A stretch of DNA of 64,000 bases from an uncultured Gemmatimonadales bacterium (GTDB lineage Bacteria > Gemmatimonadota > Gemmatimonadetes > Gemmatimonadales > GWC2-71-9): the NCBI GenBank assembly GCA_963771275.1, contig CAVYSW010000006.1:32001-96000 (forward strand). Reading direction: 5' to 3'. Below the pieces are notes generated by a model. The model saw only the letters and a list, made by a program, of their open reading frames with translations. It was not told where the DNA came from and made no database searches. The position numbers were made by a program, and so were the translations under genes. This document shows positions 9,184 through 19,085 of this stretch, piece by piece (position 1 is the stretch's first letter; every line of letters starts with the position of its first letter).

Positions 9184-10512
9184 TTAATCAATTCGCGGCG
9201 ACCACGCAGGCAATCGCGTCTCGGCGCCGCGCGTCAGCTGCCGAATCCGGCCGGTCTCGAGGTCGATCACCCACAGTTGCCGCGAGCCCGTTCGGCTGGA
9301 CACGAACGCGAGGTGCCGGCCGTCGGGCGCCCAGGTGGGGTCCTCGTTGCGTCCCGCACTCGTGAGCTGTCGCACCGTCCGGCTCGCCACGTCCATCACG
9401 AAGATCTGCAGCGACCCGCCCACGTCACGATGGAACGCGATCGACGCCCCGTCCGGCGACCATTCCGGCGCGTTGGAGCTCCCGGTGACCCCGTAGTCGA
9501 ATGGGGCGAACAGCTCCTGCGCGGTGCCGTCCGACGCCATCACGTAGATCTGCGGCAGGCCGGCGCGGGTCGAGACGAACGCGATCCGACCGCCGTCCGG
9601 GCTCATCGTCGGGCTGAGGTTGTCCGCAAAGCGCCCCACCGTCAGCCGCTGCAGACAGCAGTCGCCGGCGATGTCGTAGGAGAAGATGTCGGTGCCGTCC
9701 TCTCCCGAGCGGGTGAACACCAGGGTCCGCCCGTTAGGGGAAAACGCCGGCGTGTAGTTGAGTCCCCGGCTCGTCGGCGGCACCATCCGCCGCCCCCCCG
9801 AGGCGACGTCCTGCAGGTAGATGCCACCGCCCCCGTCGGACCGAAACTCGGTGTAGGCGACGCGCCGGCCGTCGGGCGCCCACGCGGGGGAGAACACCCG
9901 GGTGGAAGGCGGTGACAGCGGGTGGAGATCGGCCCCGTCGGAGTCGATCCGATAGACCCGGCCGCCCTGCAGGAACGCGAGGCGCGTCGCCGCGGTGCCC
10001 CGCGCCCCCGTGGCCGCCTGCACCACATCGTCGCTCACGCGATGGACTGCCAGGCGGAAGCCCGGATCCGTCGCGGCCGGCAGCGCGACGGTGAGGTCGC
10101 GCCGCACGGCGGCCCCGCGCACGTCGTACACGGTGACCTGCAACGGGCCCGCGTCCGTGAGCCGCACGCGCACCGCGAAGTCGGCCCCGAGCGCCCCGTA
10201 CAGCCGGTAGTTCACGAAATCCGGCGTCGCGCCGCGTGCGCGCTGGATGCCGACGACCAGGCTGTCGTCACTCGGCAGGGTGATGACGTCGAACTGGTCG
10301 CTGAAATCGAGATCGCGCGCCAGGATCGCCCGGACCGAGTCGAGCACCGGCTCCGGCGGGGCGCCGAGCACCAGCAAGCCAGGGCGGACGCCCGGCCGGT
10401 ACGTGATCCCCACCCGCACGCCCTCCGTGGGCGGCGGCATGGTGTCCTGGGCCACGGCGACGCGTGCCCCCAGGGCGAGCGGCAGCAGCCACGCCAGTCG
10501 GCGCGCGGTCAT
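9184..10512 (-). CDS. tolB: TolB beta-propeller protein
   Basis: Repeated P-x-W/F-S/A-PDG blades; upstream of pal. Confidence 0.88.
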   Translation of the reverse strand: MTARRLAWLLPLALGARVAVAQDTMPPPTEGVRVGITYRPGVRPGLLVLGAPPEPVLDSVRAILARDLDFSDQFDVITLPSDDSLVVGIQRARGATPDFVNYRLYGALGADFAVRVRLTDAGPLQVTVYDVRGAAVRRDLTVALPAATDPGFRLAVHRVSDDVVQAATGARGTAATRLAFLQGGRVYRIDSDGADLHPLSPPSTRVFSPAWAPDGRRVAYTEFRSDGGGGIYLQDVASGGRRMVPPTSRGLNYTPAFSPNGRTLVFTRSGEDGTDIFSYDIAGDCCLQRLTVGRFADNLSPTMSPDGGRIAFVSTRAGLPQIYVMASDGTAQELFAPFDYGVTGSSNAPEWSPDGASIAFHRDVGGSLQIFVMDVASRTVRQLTSAGRNEDPTWAPDGRHLAFVSSRTGSRQLWVIDLETGRIRQLTRGAETRLPAWSPRID

Positions 10513-11216
10513 CGGATCTTCGAGGGGTCGAAGAAGAAGCTCACCGGCAGGACGTCATTGGCAAACCCCTCCGGCAGGCTGCCGAAGCTCCCCGCGGACC
10601 CGGCGGCCTCGATCGCCCCTTGCGCCTCGACGTCGAACGCGAAGTTCCCCGAGCGCCTGATGAACCGCAGGTTCGAGATCGAGCCGTCCCGGTGAATCAG
10701 GAAGAACACCTCCGCCTGCAGGGCCGTCTGGCCGCCGGGGCGCTGCCAGCGCCGGAAGACCTGGCCGACGAGATTGTTGATATACTCGGGGTACGGAAAC
10801 TCCTGGCCCTCGATCTGCACCGTGGCCGGGTCCGACCCGGTCGACGGCGTCACACCGGGCAGGGGCTCGGCGGCCGGCGTGGTGCGCGGCGCAGGCTCGC
10901 GCTGCACGTTCGGCTTCGCGGCCGGCGGCGCCGCCGGCGCGACCGTCGTCCGGCGCGGGGCGGGCGCCGGGGCCGGGGCCGGCCGTTCCGCGGGACGCTC
11001 CACTACCGCCGGGGCGCGCCGCGCCTGGGGCTCGGGCCGGGGGGCGGCCACGAGCGACACGCGGTAGATCGGTGGCGCAAGCTGGCGTCCGTACTCGGGC
11101 GCGCCGGCCAGGACCGCCAGCACGGCGCCGTGCAGCACCAGCGTCCCGGCAAACGCGACCCTCCACCCGCCGGACGCGGTCTTGAGCTGCCGCCGCACGC
11201 GGCCCGCCTGCTTCAC
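10509..11216 (-). CDS. TolA/TonB family energy transducer
   Basis: TM with conserved His (LVLHGAVL), Pro/Ala-rich linker, TonB/TolA C-terminal domain (FLIHRDGSI..RSGNFAFD). Confidence 0.8.
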   Translation of the reverse strand: MKQAGRVRRQLKTASGGWRVAFAGTLVLHGAVLAVLAGAPEYGRQLAPPIYRVSLVAAPRPEPQARRAPAVVERPAERPAPAPAPAPRRTTVAPAAPPAAKPNVQREPAPRTTPAAEPLPGVTPSTGSDPATVQIEGQEFPYPEYINNLVGQVFRRWQRPGGQTALQAEVFFLIHRDGSISNLRFIRRSGNFAFDVEAQGAIEAAGSAGSFGSLPEGFANDVLPVSFFFDPSKIR

Positions 11217-11635
11217 CGTCCCAGCTCCTCCGACTCGGCCACCAGCCCCACGTCCCCGACGCCCGCCGCGCGCATCACGGCCAGCACACGCACCACCTGG
11301 CCGTAGTCGACCCGCGCGTCCCCGCGCAGGTAGATGCCCGAGGGCTTGCGCGCCCGGACCATGGCCGGGAAGGCGGCGCGGAACTCCTCGAGCGTGAGCG
11401 GGCTCTCGTCCACGAAGATCCGCCCCTGACGGTCCACCGAGACGATCAGGCCTTCCTTGGGCTGCAGCGGCCGGGCCTCCGCCCGGGGCAGCTGCACGTC
11501 CACCCCGCCTTGCATGATCGGGGCGGTGATCATGAAGATGATCAGCAGCGTGAAGGCGAGGTCCACCAGGGACGTCACGTTGATATCGGCCATCAGTGGC
11601 GGCTCGCCCCGGCCGCGCAGCCCGGCTCCGTTCAT
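11213..11635 (-). CDS. tolR: TolR/ExbD biopolymer transporter
   Basis: DINVTSLVDLAFTLLIIFMITAP, LRGD. Confidence 0.88.
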   Translation of the reverse strand: MNGAGLRGRGEPPLMADINVTSLVDLAFTLLIIFMITAPIMQGGVDVQLPRAEARPLQPKEGLIVSVDRQGRIFVDESPLTLEEFRAAFPAMVRARKPSGIYLRGDARVDYGQVVRVLAVMRAAGVGDVGLVAESEELGR

Positions 11636-11638
11636 GAC

Positions 11639-12349
11639 CTAGAGCCTCCCCTCGCGTGCCAGCGTCGCGACGATCTCGTGCGCGAAGCCCTCCATCTCGC
11701 CGGCGAACAGGCCGAGCCGGCTGACGAGGAGGTTGTAGGCCATGACGGCGGGAATCGCCACCACCAGCCCGGCGACCGTCGTGACCAGCGCCTCCGCGAC
11801 CCCCGGCGCCACCGCCGAGATGTTGCCCGACCCTCCGGTCGCGATGCCGATGAAGGCGTGCATCACGCCGACGACGGTCCCCAACAGGCCCATGAGCGGG
11901 CTCGCCGACCCGATCGTCGCGAGCCAGGGGAGGAACCGGGCCATGATGTCCCGCTCAGCGCCGATCTCCTTCGCGAGCACCAGCCGCAGCGCTTCGAGCT
12001 GCGTCATGGTGAGCGTCGCGTGGGCCGCGTCCACCGTCGCCTGCAGGGCGCCGGGGCGGAGCTCGGCAAAGAAGTTCACGCCCTCCCGCAGGATCCGTCC
12101 GTACGGTGACGGCGGCAGCTTCATTACCGCGTGGTACGCGTCCTCGAGCCGGGTCGTCCGCTCCAGCGCGCTGAAGAACCGGTCGCCCTGGCGGCGGACC
12201 CGCCGGAATTGCCGGAGCTTCATGAAGATCAGGAACCAGCTGAAGAGCGAGAAGAACGCCAGCACCGCCAGAATGACTTTGGTAATCGGCGTCGAGGCCG
12301 CGACCAGGTCCCACGTGCTGGTCGGGAGCGCGCCTCCCACCTGCATCAT
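11639..12349 (-). CDS. tolQ: TolQ/ExbB proton channel
   Basis: LATIGSASPLMGLLGTVVG, VAPGVAEALVTTVAGL; start at ATGA overlap with the upstream stop. Confidence 0.88.
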   Translation of the reverse strand: MMQVGGALPTSTWDLVAASTPITKVILAVLAFFSLFSWFLIFMKLRQFRRVRRQGDRFFSALERTTRLEDAYHAVMKLPPSPYGRILREGVNFFAELRPGALQATVDAAHATLTMTQLEALRLVLAKEIGAERDIMARFLPWLATIGSASPLMGLLGTVVGVMHAFIGIATGGSGNISAVAPGVAEALVTTVAGLVVAIPAVMAYNLLVSRLGLFAGEMEGFAHEIVATLAREGRL

Positions 12350-13299
12350 GCCGCCTCCAACCCGCTGATCCACTCGTAGGTGCGCCGCAACCCAGCCCCG
12401 AGCGCCACCTCCGGTCGCCACCCGATGGCCGTCGCGGCCTTTGCGATTGCCACGGCGCTGCGCCTCAGCTCGCCGGCCCGTGCCGGCTCGTGTGCGATGG
12501 GCACCTCGATGCCCACCGCCCGCATCATCGTCCGGGCGAGATCGTTGACGCTGGTCTCGACCGTGGTCCCGATGTTGACGGCGGCATCGTCCAACGATCC
12601 GGGCGGTCCCACCGGTGCCTCACTCGCCAGCACGCTCGCCCGCGCGACGTCGCGCACGAACACGTAGTCGCGCGTCTGCTCTCCGTCTCCGTACACCGTG
12701 ATGGGGCGGCGGTGCCGCAGCCGGCTGCCGAAGATCGCCACGACGCCGGCTTCGCCGTGCGGATTCTGGCGCGGCCCGTACACGTTGGCGTACCGCAGAC
12801 ACCGCACCGCCATGCCGTGGAGGATGGCGTACTGCGCGAGATAGTACTCGGACGCGAGCTTGCTGACCCCATACGGCGAGACGGGCAGCTTGGGCACCGT
12901 CTCGGCATAGGGCAGGGCTTCGCCTTCGCCGTAGACGACCCCACCGGAGGACGCGAACACCACCCGCTTCACGCCCCCCTCGCGCGCACCTTCCAGGAGA
13001 TTGAGCAGCCCGAGCAGATTGATGTCGGCATCGAGCCGCGGGTCGCGCACCGAGACCCGCACGTCCGCCTGCGCCGCCTGGTGGTTCAACACCGCAAAGC
13101 CACCCGCGGCGAGGAGGGCGCGCGCGGCAGGCCCGCGCACGTCCTCGTGGACGAACTCGGCCCCCGCAGGGACGTTTTCCCGCCGGCCGGTCGAGAGGTT
13201 GTCCACGATCGTTACGGCGTACCCGTGCTCGAGGTACTGCTCCGCCACGTGTGACCCGATGAACCCCGCCCCACCCGTCACCAGCACCCGTCCCTTCAT
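12346..13299 (-). CDS. NAD-dependent epimerase (UDP-glucose 4-epimerase-like)
   Basis: VLVTGGAGFIGSH, PYGVSK, YANVYGPRQ, GEAGVV. Confidence 0.88.
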   Translation of the reverse strand: MKGRVLVTGGAGFIGSHVAEQYLEHGYAVTIVDNLSTGRRENVPAGAEFVHEDVRGPAARALLAAGGFAVLNHQAAQADVRVSVRDPRLDADINLLGLLNLLEGAREGGVKRVVFASSGGVVYGEGEALPYAETVPKLPVSPYGVSKLASEYYLAQYAILHGMAVRCLRYANVYGPRQNPHGEAGVVAIFGSRLRHRRPITVYGDGEQTRDYVFVRDVARASVLASEAPVGPPGSLDDAAVNIGTTVETSVNDLARTMMRAVGIEVPIAHEPARAGELRRSAVAIAKAATAIGWRPEVALGAGLRRTYEWISGLEAA

Positions 13300-13340
13300 G
13301 CCCGATCCTCGCGTCTCAGTCCGCGTTCCCTGCCGCCGCA

Positions 13341-13400
13341 AACGAAGCGGCGGGGCCCGTGCCGGATCCCATCGTCGTTGGTCCGGCTGAGCCCCGCCGC
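13341..13400 (-). terminator. Putative intrinsic terminator after the LysM gene
   Basis: gcggcggggc...gccccgccgc stem followed by TTCGTTT on the minus strand. Confidence 0.45.
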
Positions 13401-13422
13401 GTCGAGGCCGTCAGCGGCCTCG

Positions 13423-14619
13423 TCAAGACGGCATCTTGCGGATCAGCCGCACCGGCACGCCGACCGCTTCCTGGCCGGCGGTCCGAATCCCCAGCGTGTA
13501 GATCTCGCTCACCAAGGCCGTCGCCGAGCGGTCCCGCACGTGCACGACACGCACGTCGGCGAGCGTCTGCGGCTCATCGCCCTGCGGGACGGCGCCCTTG
13601 CGCGGGAGCACCTCGAACACGTCTCCCGGCGCGATGCCGGCGTTGCGGCCCAGATCGATGAACACCACGTCGAACTGCTTCGGCACCTGGTGGATGTCGC
13701 GCAGCGCGATGATGTTGCCCTGCACGCCGTCGGCGACTGGAGCGGGCCGCACGACCCCCGGGTCCTTGAACGGCTCGAGCGGCAGCGCCACCTGCCCGGT
13801 GCCGACCCGGTCGAACTGCATCACGATGTCGCCCTCGACATCGCGCCCCTCGACGCTCGTCACCAGCACGATGCCGGTGGGGTAGACGATCTTGCCGTGG
13901 CCGGACACCCCGCGCGTGAGCAGCGCGGTCAGCAGGCTGTCGCCCACCTGGTACGTCGCGCCGCTCGGCGGCCTGATGCGCACCCGCTGATAGATCACGG
14001 CCGTGGTCCCGGTCACGCCACGGGGTGCCGCGACATCGGCGTTGCCCAGCACCTCGGCCCAGGGGAGCTTCTCGTTCTCGGTGAGGAACCCCGCCGCGTA
14101 GAACTCGCCGGACCGCACGGCGCGATACGTGTCGGCCGCCCGGGAGATCGGGCCGGAGATCGTACTGCGCGGCGTGCTCGCGAACACCGTCGGGGTCATC
14201 GTCATCGGGGGGGGCGGCGGCCCCTGCACCGCGGCCGGCGCCTCCACCTGTGCGGGCGGCGGTGCCACAGGCAGCTGCCCAGCTGGCGGCTCGGTCACCG
14301 GCGGCTGCGCAACGGGAGGAGTCGGCTGTGCGACGGGCTCGGGAACCGCCACCGCCGTGTGATCCACCGGAGCGAGCACCAGCTCCTCACCCGGGAAGAT
14401 CCAGTGCGGGTCCTCGACCACCGCCGTGTTGAGCCGGTAGATCTCCGGCCAGAGAAACGGGTCGCCAAAGTAGAGTTGCGCGAGCCCCCACAACGTCTCC
14501 CCCGACTGAACCACATGCCGCGCCGGCGGCGGCGTGACTTGCTGGGCCCGCGCCGTGGCGGTGACCCCCGCGGCCATTGTCGCCCCCAGCAACACCGTAA
14601 CGAAGTTTCTGCTCCTCAT
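13423..14619 (-). CDS. Secreted LysM peptidoglycan-binding protein
   Basis: Signal peptide, HVVQSGETLWGLAQLYFGDPFLWPEIY...PHWIFPGE, Pro-rich linker. Confidence 0.88.
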   Translation of the reverse strand: MRSRNFVTVLLGATMAAGVTATARAQQVTPPPARHVVQSGETLWGLAQLYFGDPFLWPEIYRLNTAVVEDPHWIFPGEELVLAPVDHTAVAVPEPVAQPTPPVAQPPVTEPPAGQLPVAPPPAQVEAPAAVQGPPPPPMTMTPTVFASTPRSTISGPISRAADTYRAVRSGEFYAAGFLTENEKLPWAEVLGNADVAAPRGVTGTTAVIYQRVRIRPPSGATYQVGDSLLTALLTRGVSGHGKIVYPTGIVLVTSVEGRDVEGDIVMQFDRVGTGQVALPLEPFKDPGVVRPAPVADGVQGNIIALRDIHQVPKQFDVVFIDLGRNAGIAPGDVFEVLPRKGAVPQGDEPQTLADVRVVHVRDRSATALVSEIYTLGIRTAGQEAVGVPVRLIRKMPS

Positions 14620-14832
14620 ACGGTTACCCCTCTCCCACCCCAGAAGCCGGAGCCTCCGTGGTGGTCGTGACGGAACTGGCGCATCCCGATCGGCCATCAA
14701 TATATAAGTCACGTGCTGGCAACGCCATAGCTGCCCTACTATCATGTATCGCCGCAGGGCGTCCGGCTCAGCCACGAAACTACCGGTCCAGCCACCACGC
14801 CGGTGTGACGGGTGCCACACCCGCGGACCCCC

Positions 14833-14873
14833 GAAAACGCGCCCGGCGGGTCCCGATGGAACCCGCCGAGCGC
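14833..14873 (-). terminator. Intrinsic terminator after ssb
   Basis: gcgctcggcgggttcc-atc-gggacccgccgggcgc stem followed by GTTTT on the minus strand. Confidence 0.65.
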
Positions 14874-14895
14874 TCACGTCCCACGACCCGCCCCG

Positions 14896-15375
14896 CTAGA
14901 AGGGCAAGTCGTCCTCTTCCCCATCGAGCGCTTCTGGGAAGTCGTCGAACGACTCCGCCTTGCCCTCCGCCGCACCCGCCGGCGCTGGCTTGGCGCGCGC
15001 GGGCGTTCCTCCTGCTTCCGCCGCGGAGCCGCGCGGCGACAGCATGATCATCTCGCGCGCGTTGATTTCGGTCGAGTACCGCGTCTTCCCGTCGCGGTCT
15101 TCCCAGGTCCGATACTCGATCCGCCCCTCGACGTAGACCTTGTCGCCCTTTTTCAGGTACTTCTCGGCAAGGTCGGCGAGCTGCGAGAACTTGGTGTTCC
15201 ACAGCACCACGCGATGCCACTCCGTCTTCTCCTGGCGCTCCCCCGCCCCGGTGGTCCACTGGCGGCTGGTGGCGACCGACAGCGTGGCGACCCGCTGGCC
15301 GTTGGCCGTGCTGCGCACGTCGGGATCCGCGCCGAGATTCCCGATCAGGATGCATTTGTTCAGGCTCCGACTCAC
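14896..15375 (-). CDS. ssb: Single-stranded DNA-binding protein
   Basis: LNKCILIGNLGADP, TEWHRVV, C-terminal DDLPF; GTG start with GGAGG RBS. Confidence 0.96.
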   Translation of the reverse strand: MSRSLNKCILIGNLGADPDVRSTANGQRVATLSVATSRQWTTGAGERQEKTEWHRVVLWNTKFSQLADLAEKYLKKGDKVYVEGRIEYRTWEDRDGKTRYSTEINAREMIMLSPRGSAAEAGGTPARAKPAPAGAAEGKAESFDDFPEALDGEEDDLPF

Positions 15376-15474
15376 GACGACCTCCGCGAGAACACGAGAT
15401 GGGCACCGGACGAGGGGAAGGTACCGGGCGCCCGGCCGTAGCGTCAACCAAAGTCGCGCACCACCCCGCCGGAA

Positions 15475-15933
15475 CTACGCGTACGATGCCGTGGGGCTGA
15501 CGTCGCGGGCGAGGATCAGCGCGTCCTCGCGCGGGTGATCGTAGTACCCGGGCCGGCGGCCGACCTCGCGAAAGCCCGCGTCCCCGTACAGCGCGCATGC
15601 CGCGGCGTTGGACACGCGCACTTCGAGAAACACGCGCCGCGCGCCGGTCCGGACGATTGCCGCAAGCAGCGCCTGGAGCAGCGTCCGTCCGGTCCCCTGC
15701 CGGCGCCCGGATGGCGCGACCGCGACGTTGAGGATCTCCGCCTCGGGACCGAGACACCACGCCACGGCGTACCCGGTGACGCCTGGCGCGCCTTCCGCCA
15801 CCAGGAACACGTCGTCCAGCCGCGCGCGAAACGCCGCGCGCGACCAGGGATCCGGGAAGCTCGCGCGCTCGATCTCGGCGACGGCCGGGAGATCAGCGGA
15901 AGTCGCCGCGCGAATCCGGCAGCCGGACGCCAT
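15475..15933 (-). CDS. rimI: Ribosomal protein alanine N-acetyltransferase
   Basis: IERASFPDPWS, ILNVAV, LEVRVSN, RPGYY..EDA. Confidence 0.9.
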   Translation of the reverse strand: MASGCRIRAATSADLPAVAEIERASFPDPWSRAAFRARLDDVFLVAEGAPGVTGYAVAWCLGPEAEILNVAVAPSGRRQGTGRTLLQALLAAIVRTGARRVFLEVRVSNAAACALYGDAGFREVGRRPGYYDHPREDALILARDVSPTASYA

Positions 15934-16621
15934 GCGCCTGCTCCCACCGCACCTGCGCTTCGGCCGGCCGGCCATAGTCCGGCTCGAAGCACATGATGTC
16001 CGCGATTTCGCGGGTGCCCCCACGCGCGCCGTCCACGGCGAGCAGCGCCGCGGCCGCCGGCGCTCCCGCCGGGGGTCCGACCGGCTCGCGTCCGGTCCAG
16101 CGGCGCACCGCCTCGGCGTGCACCACCGCGCCGTCACCAACCGCCACGACCGGCCGCACCGCGCAGGCGACGGCCAGGGCGTCCACCGTGAGGCGGCGCG
16201 GCGGCGCGAGGCAATCCACCGCGCCGTCGCCAAACCGATAGACCGCGCCGTACACCTCGCCGCGCAGGGCGTCGTACAGGGCGGCCACCGGGCCGGTGTG
16301 GAATCGCGCCGCCTGCCACGCCGCGGCGAGCAGCGAGGGCGCCGTGCCGACCCTGATCGCCGGACGCGCCCGCACCAGTCCCTGGACCGTCGCCACGCCG
16401 ATCCGGAGCCCCGTGAAGCTGCCCGGGCCGTCGGCGATGAGCACCCGATCCACGTCGCCGAGCGACGCCCCCGCAAGGCCAACGAGCTGCTCCATCCCCG
16501 GGAGCAGGGCCGCCGCGTGCCGCCGGCCCGACAGCGTGATCTCCGCGAGGGCCACGCCATCCACGCCGATCGCCAGCGACGCGATCTCGGTCGCCGTGTC
16601 GATCGCGAGCGTGAGTGTCAC
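15893..16621 (-). CDS. tsaB: tRNA t6A biosynthesis protein TsaB
   Basis: LAIDTAT, GPGSFTGLRIGV, DALRGEVY. Confidence 0.92.
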   Translation of the reverse strand: MTLTLAIDTATEIASLAIGVDGVALAEITLSGRRHAAALLPGMEQLVGLAGASLGDVDRVLIADGPGSFTGLRIGVATVQGLVRARPAIRVGTAPSLLAAAWQAARFHTGPVAALYDALRGEVYGAVYRFGDGAVDCLAPPRRLTVDALAVACAVRPVVAVGDGAVVHAEAVRRWTGREPVGPPAGAPAAAALLAVDGARGGTREIADIMCFEPDYGRPAEAQVRWEQAHGVRLPDSRGDFR

Positions 16622-17031
16622 GGCGAGCGCTCCAACAGCCGCCGGTCGGGCGCCCGGGCGTGCGCCAGCGTAATGCGCACATCCGGCGGCGGGGCGTGCG
16701 TCCCCGCCCGTTCCGGCCACTCGATGAGCAGCAGGCGGGCGCGCCGCTCGAGATCCCGAAAGTCGAGATCGAGCGCTTCGTCCGGATGCGTGAGTCGATA
16801 GCAGTCCACGTGAACGATGATCCCCTCGGGGGACGGATACTCGTGCACCAGCGCATAGGTCGGACTCCGGGCGGGCGCAGCGCCCGCCGCCCGGGTCACC
16901 GCCTGCACGAACGTCGTCTTGCCGGCCCCGAGCTCGCCGCAGAGCCACACGACGCCGTGCCGCGGCGCCATTCGCCACACGGCCGCCGCCTCCGCGGCGA
17001 GGTCGTCGAGCGACACGGATCGCTCAGCCAC
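16618..17031 (-). CDS. tsaE: tRNA t6A biosynthesis ATPase TsaE
   Basis: [32 protein letters not shown]. Confidence 0.93.
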   Translation of the reverse strand: MAERSVSLDDLAAEAAAVWRMAPRHGVVWLCGELGAGKTTFVQAVTRAAGAAPARSPTYALVHEYPSPEGIIVHVDCYRLTHPDEALDLDFRDLERRARLLLIEWPERAGTHAPPPDVRITLAHARAPDRRLLERSP

Positions 17032-19075
17032 GCCGCCGCCGCCCCGCCGGAGGTCCCGATCGGGTCCCCACCCCCACCGGGGACCGCCGCACCGGATCGC
17101 CCGCCGCCTTGAGCTCGAAGATCTGGTCCCGGAGCTGCGCCGCCAACTCGAAATCGAGCTCCGCCGCCGCTTCGCGCATCTGCCGCTCGAGCACCACGAG
17201 CAGCTGCTCGCGGTCGAGCGGCTCGGCACCCAACCGCTCGGTGGCGGGAACCGGGCGCTCCGTCCGCGCGTCGGCGACGCGCGTCACGAAGCGGACCTGA
17301 TCGACCGACTTGTGGATCGAGGTCGGCCGAATGTGGTGCGCGCGATTGTGGCGCTCCTGCGTCTCGCGGCGCCGCGCCATCTCCGCCAGCGCGCGCTCCA
17401 TCGAGCCGGTCACGCGATCGGCGTACAGGATCGCCCGGCCGCGCTCGTTCCGGGCCGCCCGTCCCACGGTCTGGATCAGGGACCGATCCGACCGCAGGAA
17501 CCCCTCCTGATCCGCGTCGAGGATCGCGACCAGCGCGACTTCGGGCAGGTCGAGGCCCTCACGCAGCAGGTTGATCCCGACCAGCACGTCGAACTCGCCG
17601 AGCCGCAGCCCGCGCACGATCTCCATGCGCTCGATGGCGTCGATGTCGGAGTGCATGTAGCGCACGCGCACGCCGGTCTGCTGCAGGTAGTCGGTCAGAT
17701 CTTCGGCCATGCGCTTGGTGAGCGTCGTGACGAGCACGCGCTCCCCGGCCGCCTCGCAGCTCCGGATCTCCCCCAGCAGGTCGTCCACCTGGCCCCTGAC
17801 CGGGCGGACCTCGACCGCGGGGTCCACCAGCCCCGTCGGGCGAATGATCTGCTCGACCACCCGTCCGCGCGAGCGCTCGACCTCGTAGGCGCCCGGCGTC
17901 GCCGACACGAAGAGCATGCGCGGGGTGAGCCCCAGGAACTCGTCGAAGTTGAGCGGCCGGTTGTCCAGCGCCGAGGGGAGCCGGAAGCCGTGCTCCACGA
18001 GCGTCAGCTTGCGCGACCGGTCGCCCTCGTACATGCCGCCGAGCTGGGGCAGCGTGGCATGGGATTCGTCGACGATCGTGAGATAATCGGCGGGGAAGTA
18101 GTCCAGCAGGCACGCCGGCCGCTCGCCCACCTGCCGGCCGGAGAGATGCCGGCTGTAGTTCTCGACCCCGGCACACGTGCCCATCTCGCGCAGCATGTCG
18201 AGGTCGAACTGGGTGCGCGACTCGAGGCGCTGGGCCTCCAGCAGCTTGCTCTCGGACCGGAGCGCGGCAAGCCGCTCCGCCAGCTCCGCCCGGATCAGGC
18301 CGACGGCCCGCTCGAGCCGCGGCCGCTGCACCACATAGTGGGTCGCGGGATAGATGGCGCAGCGCTCGAGCGGCGTGATCACGTTGCCCGTGAGCGGGTG
18401 GATCTTCGAGACGCGCTCGATCTCGTCGCCCCAGAACTCGACCCGCACGGCCTGCTCGTCGTACGCCGGGTAGACCTCCACCGTGTCGCCCCGCACGCGA
18501 AACGTCCCCCGCTCCAGCACGACGTCGTTGCGGTCGTACTGCACCGCCACCAGATCGGCCAGCACCGCGTCGCGGGAGCGTCGCTCGCCCACCGCGAGCG
18601 TGACCATCAGCGCGCGGTAGTCCGCCGGGTCGCCGAGCCCGTAGATCGCGCTGACCGTCGCCACGATGACGACGTCCTCGCGCTCCATCAGGCTCGAGGT
18701 CGCCCGCAGCCGCAGCATCTCGATGTCCTCGTTGATCGAGGCGTCCTTCGCGATGTAGGTGTCCGTGGCGGGCACGTAGGCTTCCGGCTGGTAGTAGTCG
18801 TAGTACGAGATGAAGTACTCGACGGCGTTGCGCGGGAAGAACGACTTGAGCTCGCCATAGAGCTGGGCGGCCAGGGTCTTGTTGTGCGACAGCACCAGGG
18901 TCGGACGCCCGAGCGCCGCCACGACGTGCGCCATGGTCACGGTCTTGCCCGACCCGGTGACGCCCAGCAGAGTCTGGTAGCGGTGGCCCTCACGGAAGCC
19001 CGCCGTGAGCGCCGCGATGGCCGCGGGCTGGTCGCCGGCCGGCTGGAACGGCAGCTCGAGCTCGAAGGCGGTCAT
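17024..19075 (-). CDS. uvrB: Excinuclease ABC subunit B
   Basis: [39 protein letters not shown]-terminal UVR domain. Confidence 0.98.
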   Translation of the reverse strand: MTAFELELPFQPAGDQPAAIAALTAGFREGHRYQTLLGVTGSGKTVTMAHVVAALGRPTLVLSHNKTLAAQLYGELKSFFPRNAVEYFISYYDYYQPEAYVPATDTYIAKDASINEDIEMLRLRATSSLMEREDVVIVATVSAIYGLGDPADYRALMVTLAVGERRSRDAVLADLVAVQYDRNDVVLERGTFRVRGDTVEVYPAYDEQAVRVEFWGDEIERVSKIHPLTGNVITPLERCAIYPATHYVVQRPRLERAVGLIRAELAERLAALRSESKLLEAQRLESRTQFDLDMLREMGTCAGVENYSRHLSGRQVGERPACLLDYFPADYLTIVDESHATLPQLGGMYEGDRSRKLTLVEHGFRLPSALDNRPLNFDEFLGLTPRMLFVSATPGAYEVERSRGRVVEQIIRPTGLVDPAVEVRPVRGQVDDLLGEIRSCEAAGERVLVTTLTKRMAEDLTDYLQQTGVRVRYMHSDIDAIERMEIVRGLRLGEFDVLVGINLLREGLDLPEVALVAILDADQEGFLRSDRSLIQTVGRAARNERGRAILYADRVTGSMERALAEMARRRETQERHNRAHHIRPTSIHKSVDQVRFVTRVADARTERPVPATERLGAEPLDREQLLVVLERQMREAAAELDFELAAQLRDQIFELKAAGDPVRRSPVGVGTRSGPPAGRRRRG

Positions 19076-19085
19076 GCGGCGTCGC

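Noticed and set aside
14717..14732. Sigma54-like TGGCAAC-N-TAGC on the plus strand
   Set aside because: It points toward the 3' end of ssb with no gene downstream; more likely a chance match within the LysM promoter region.
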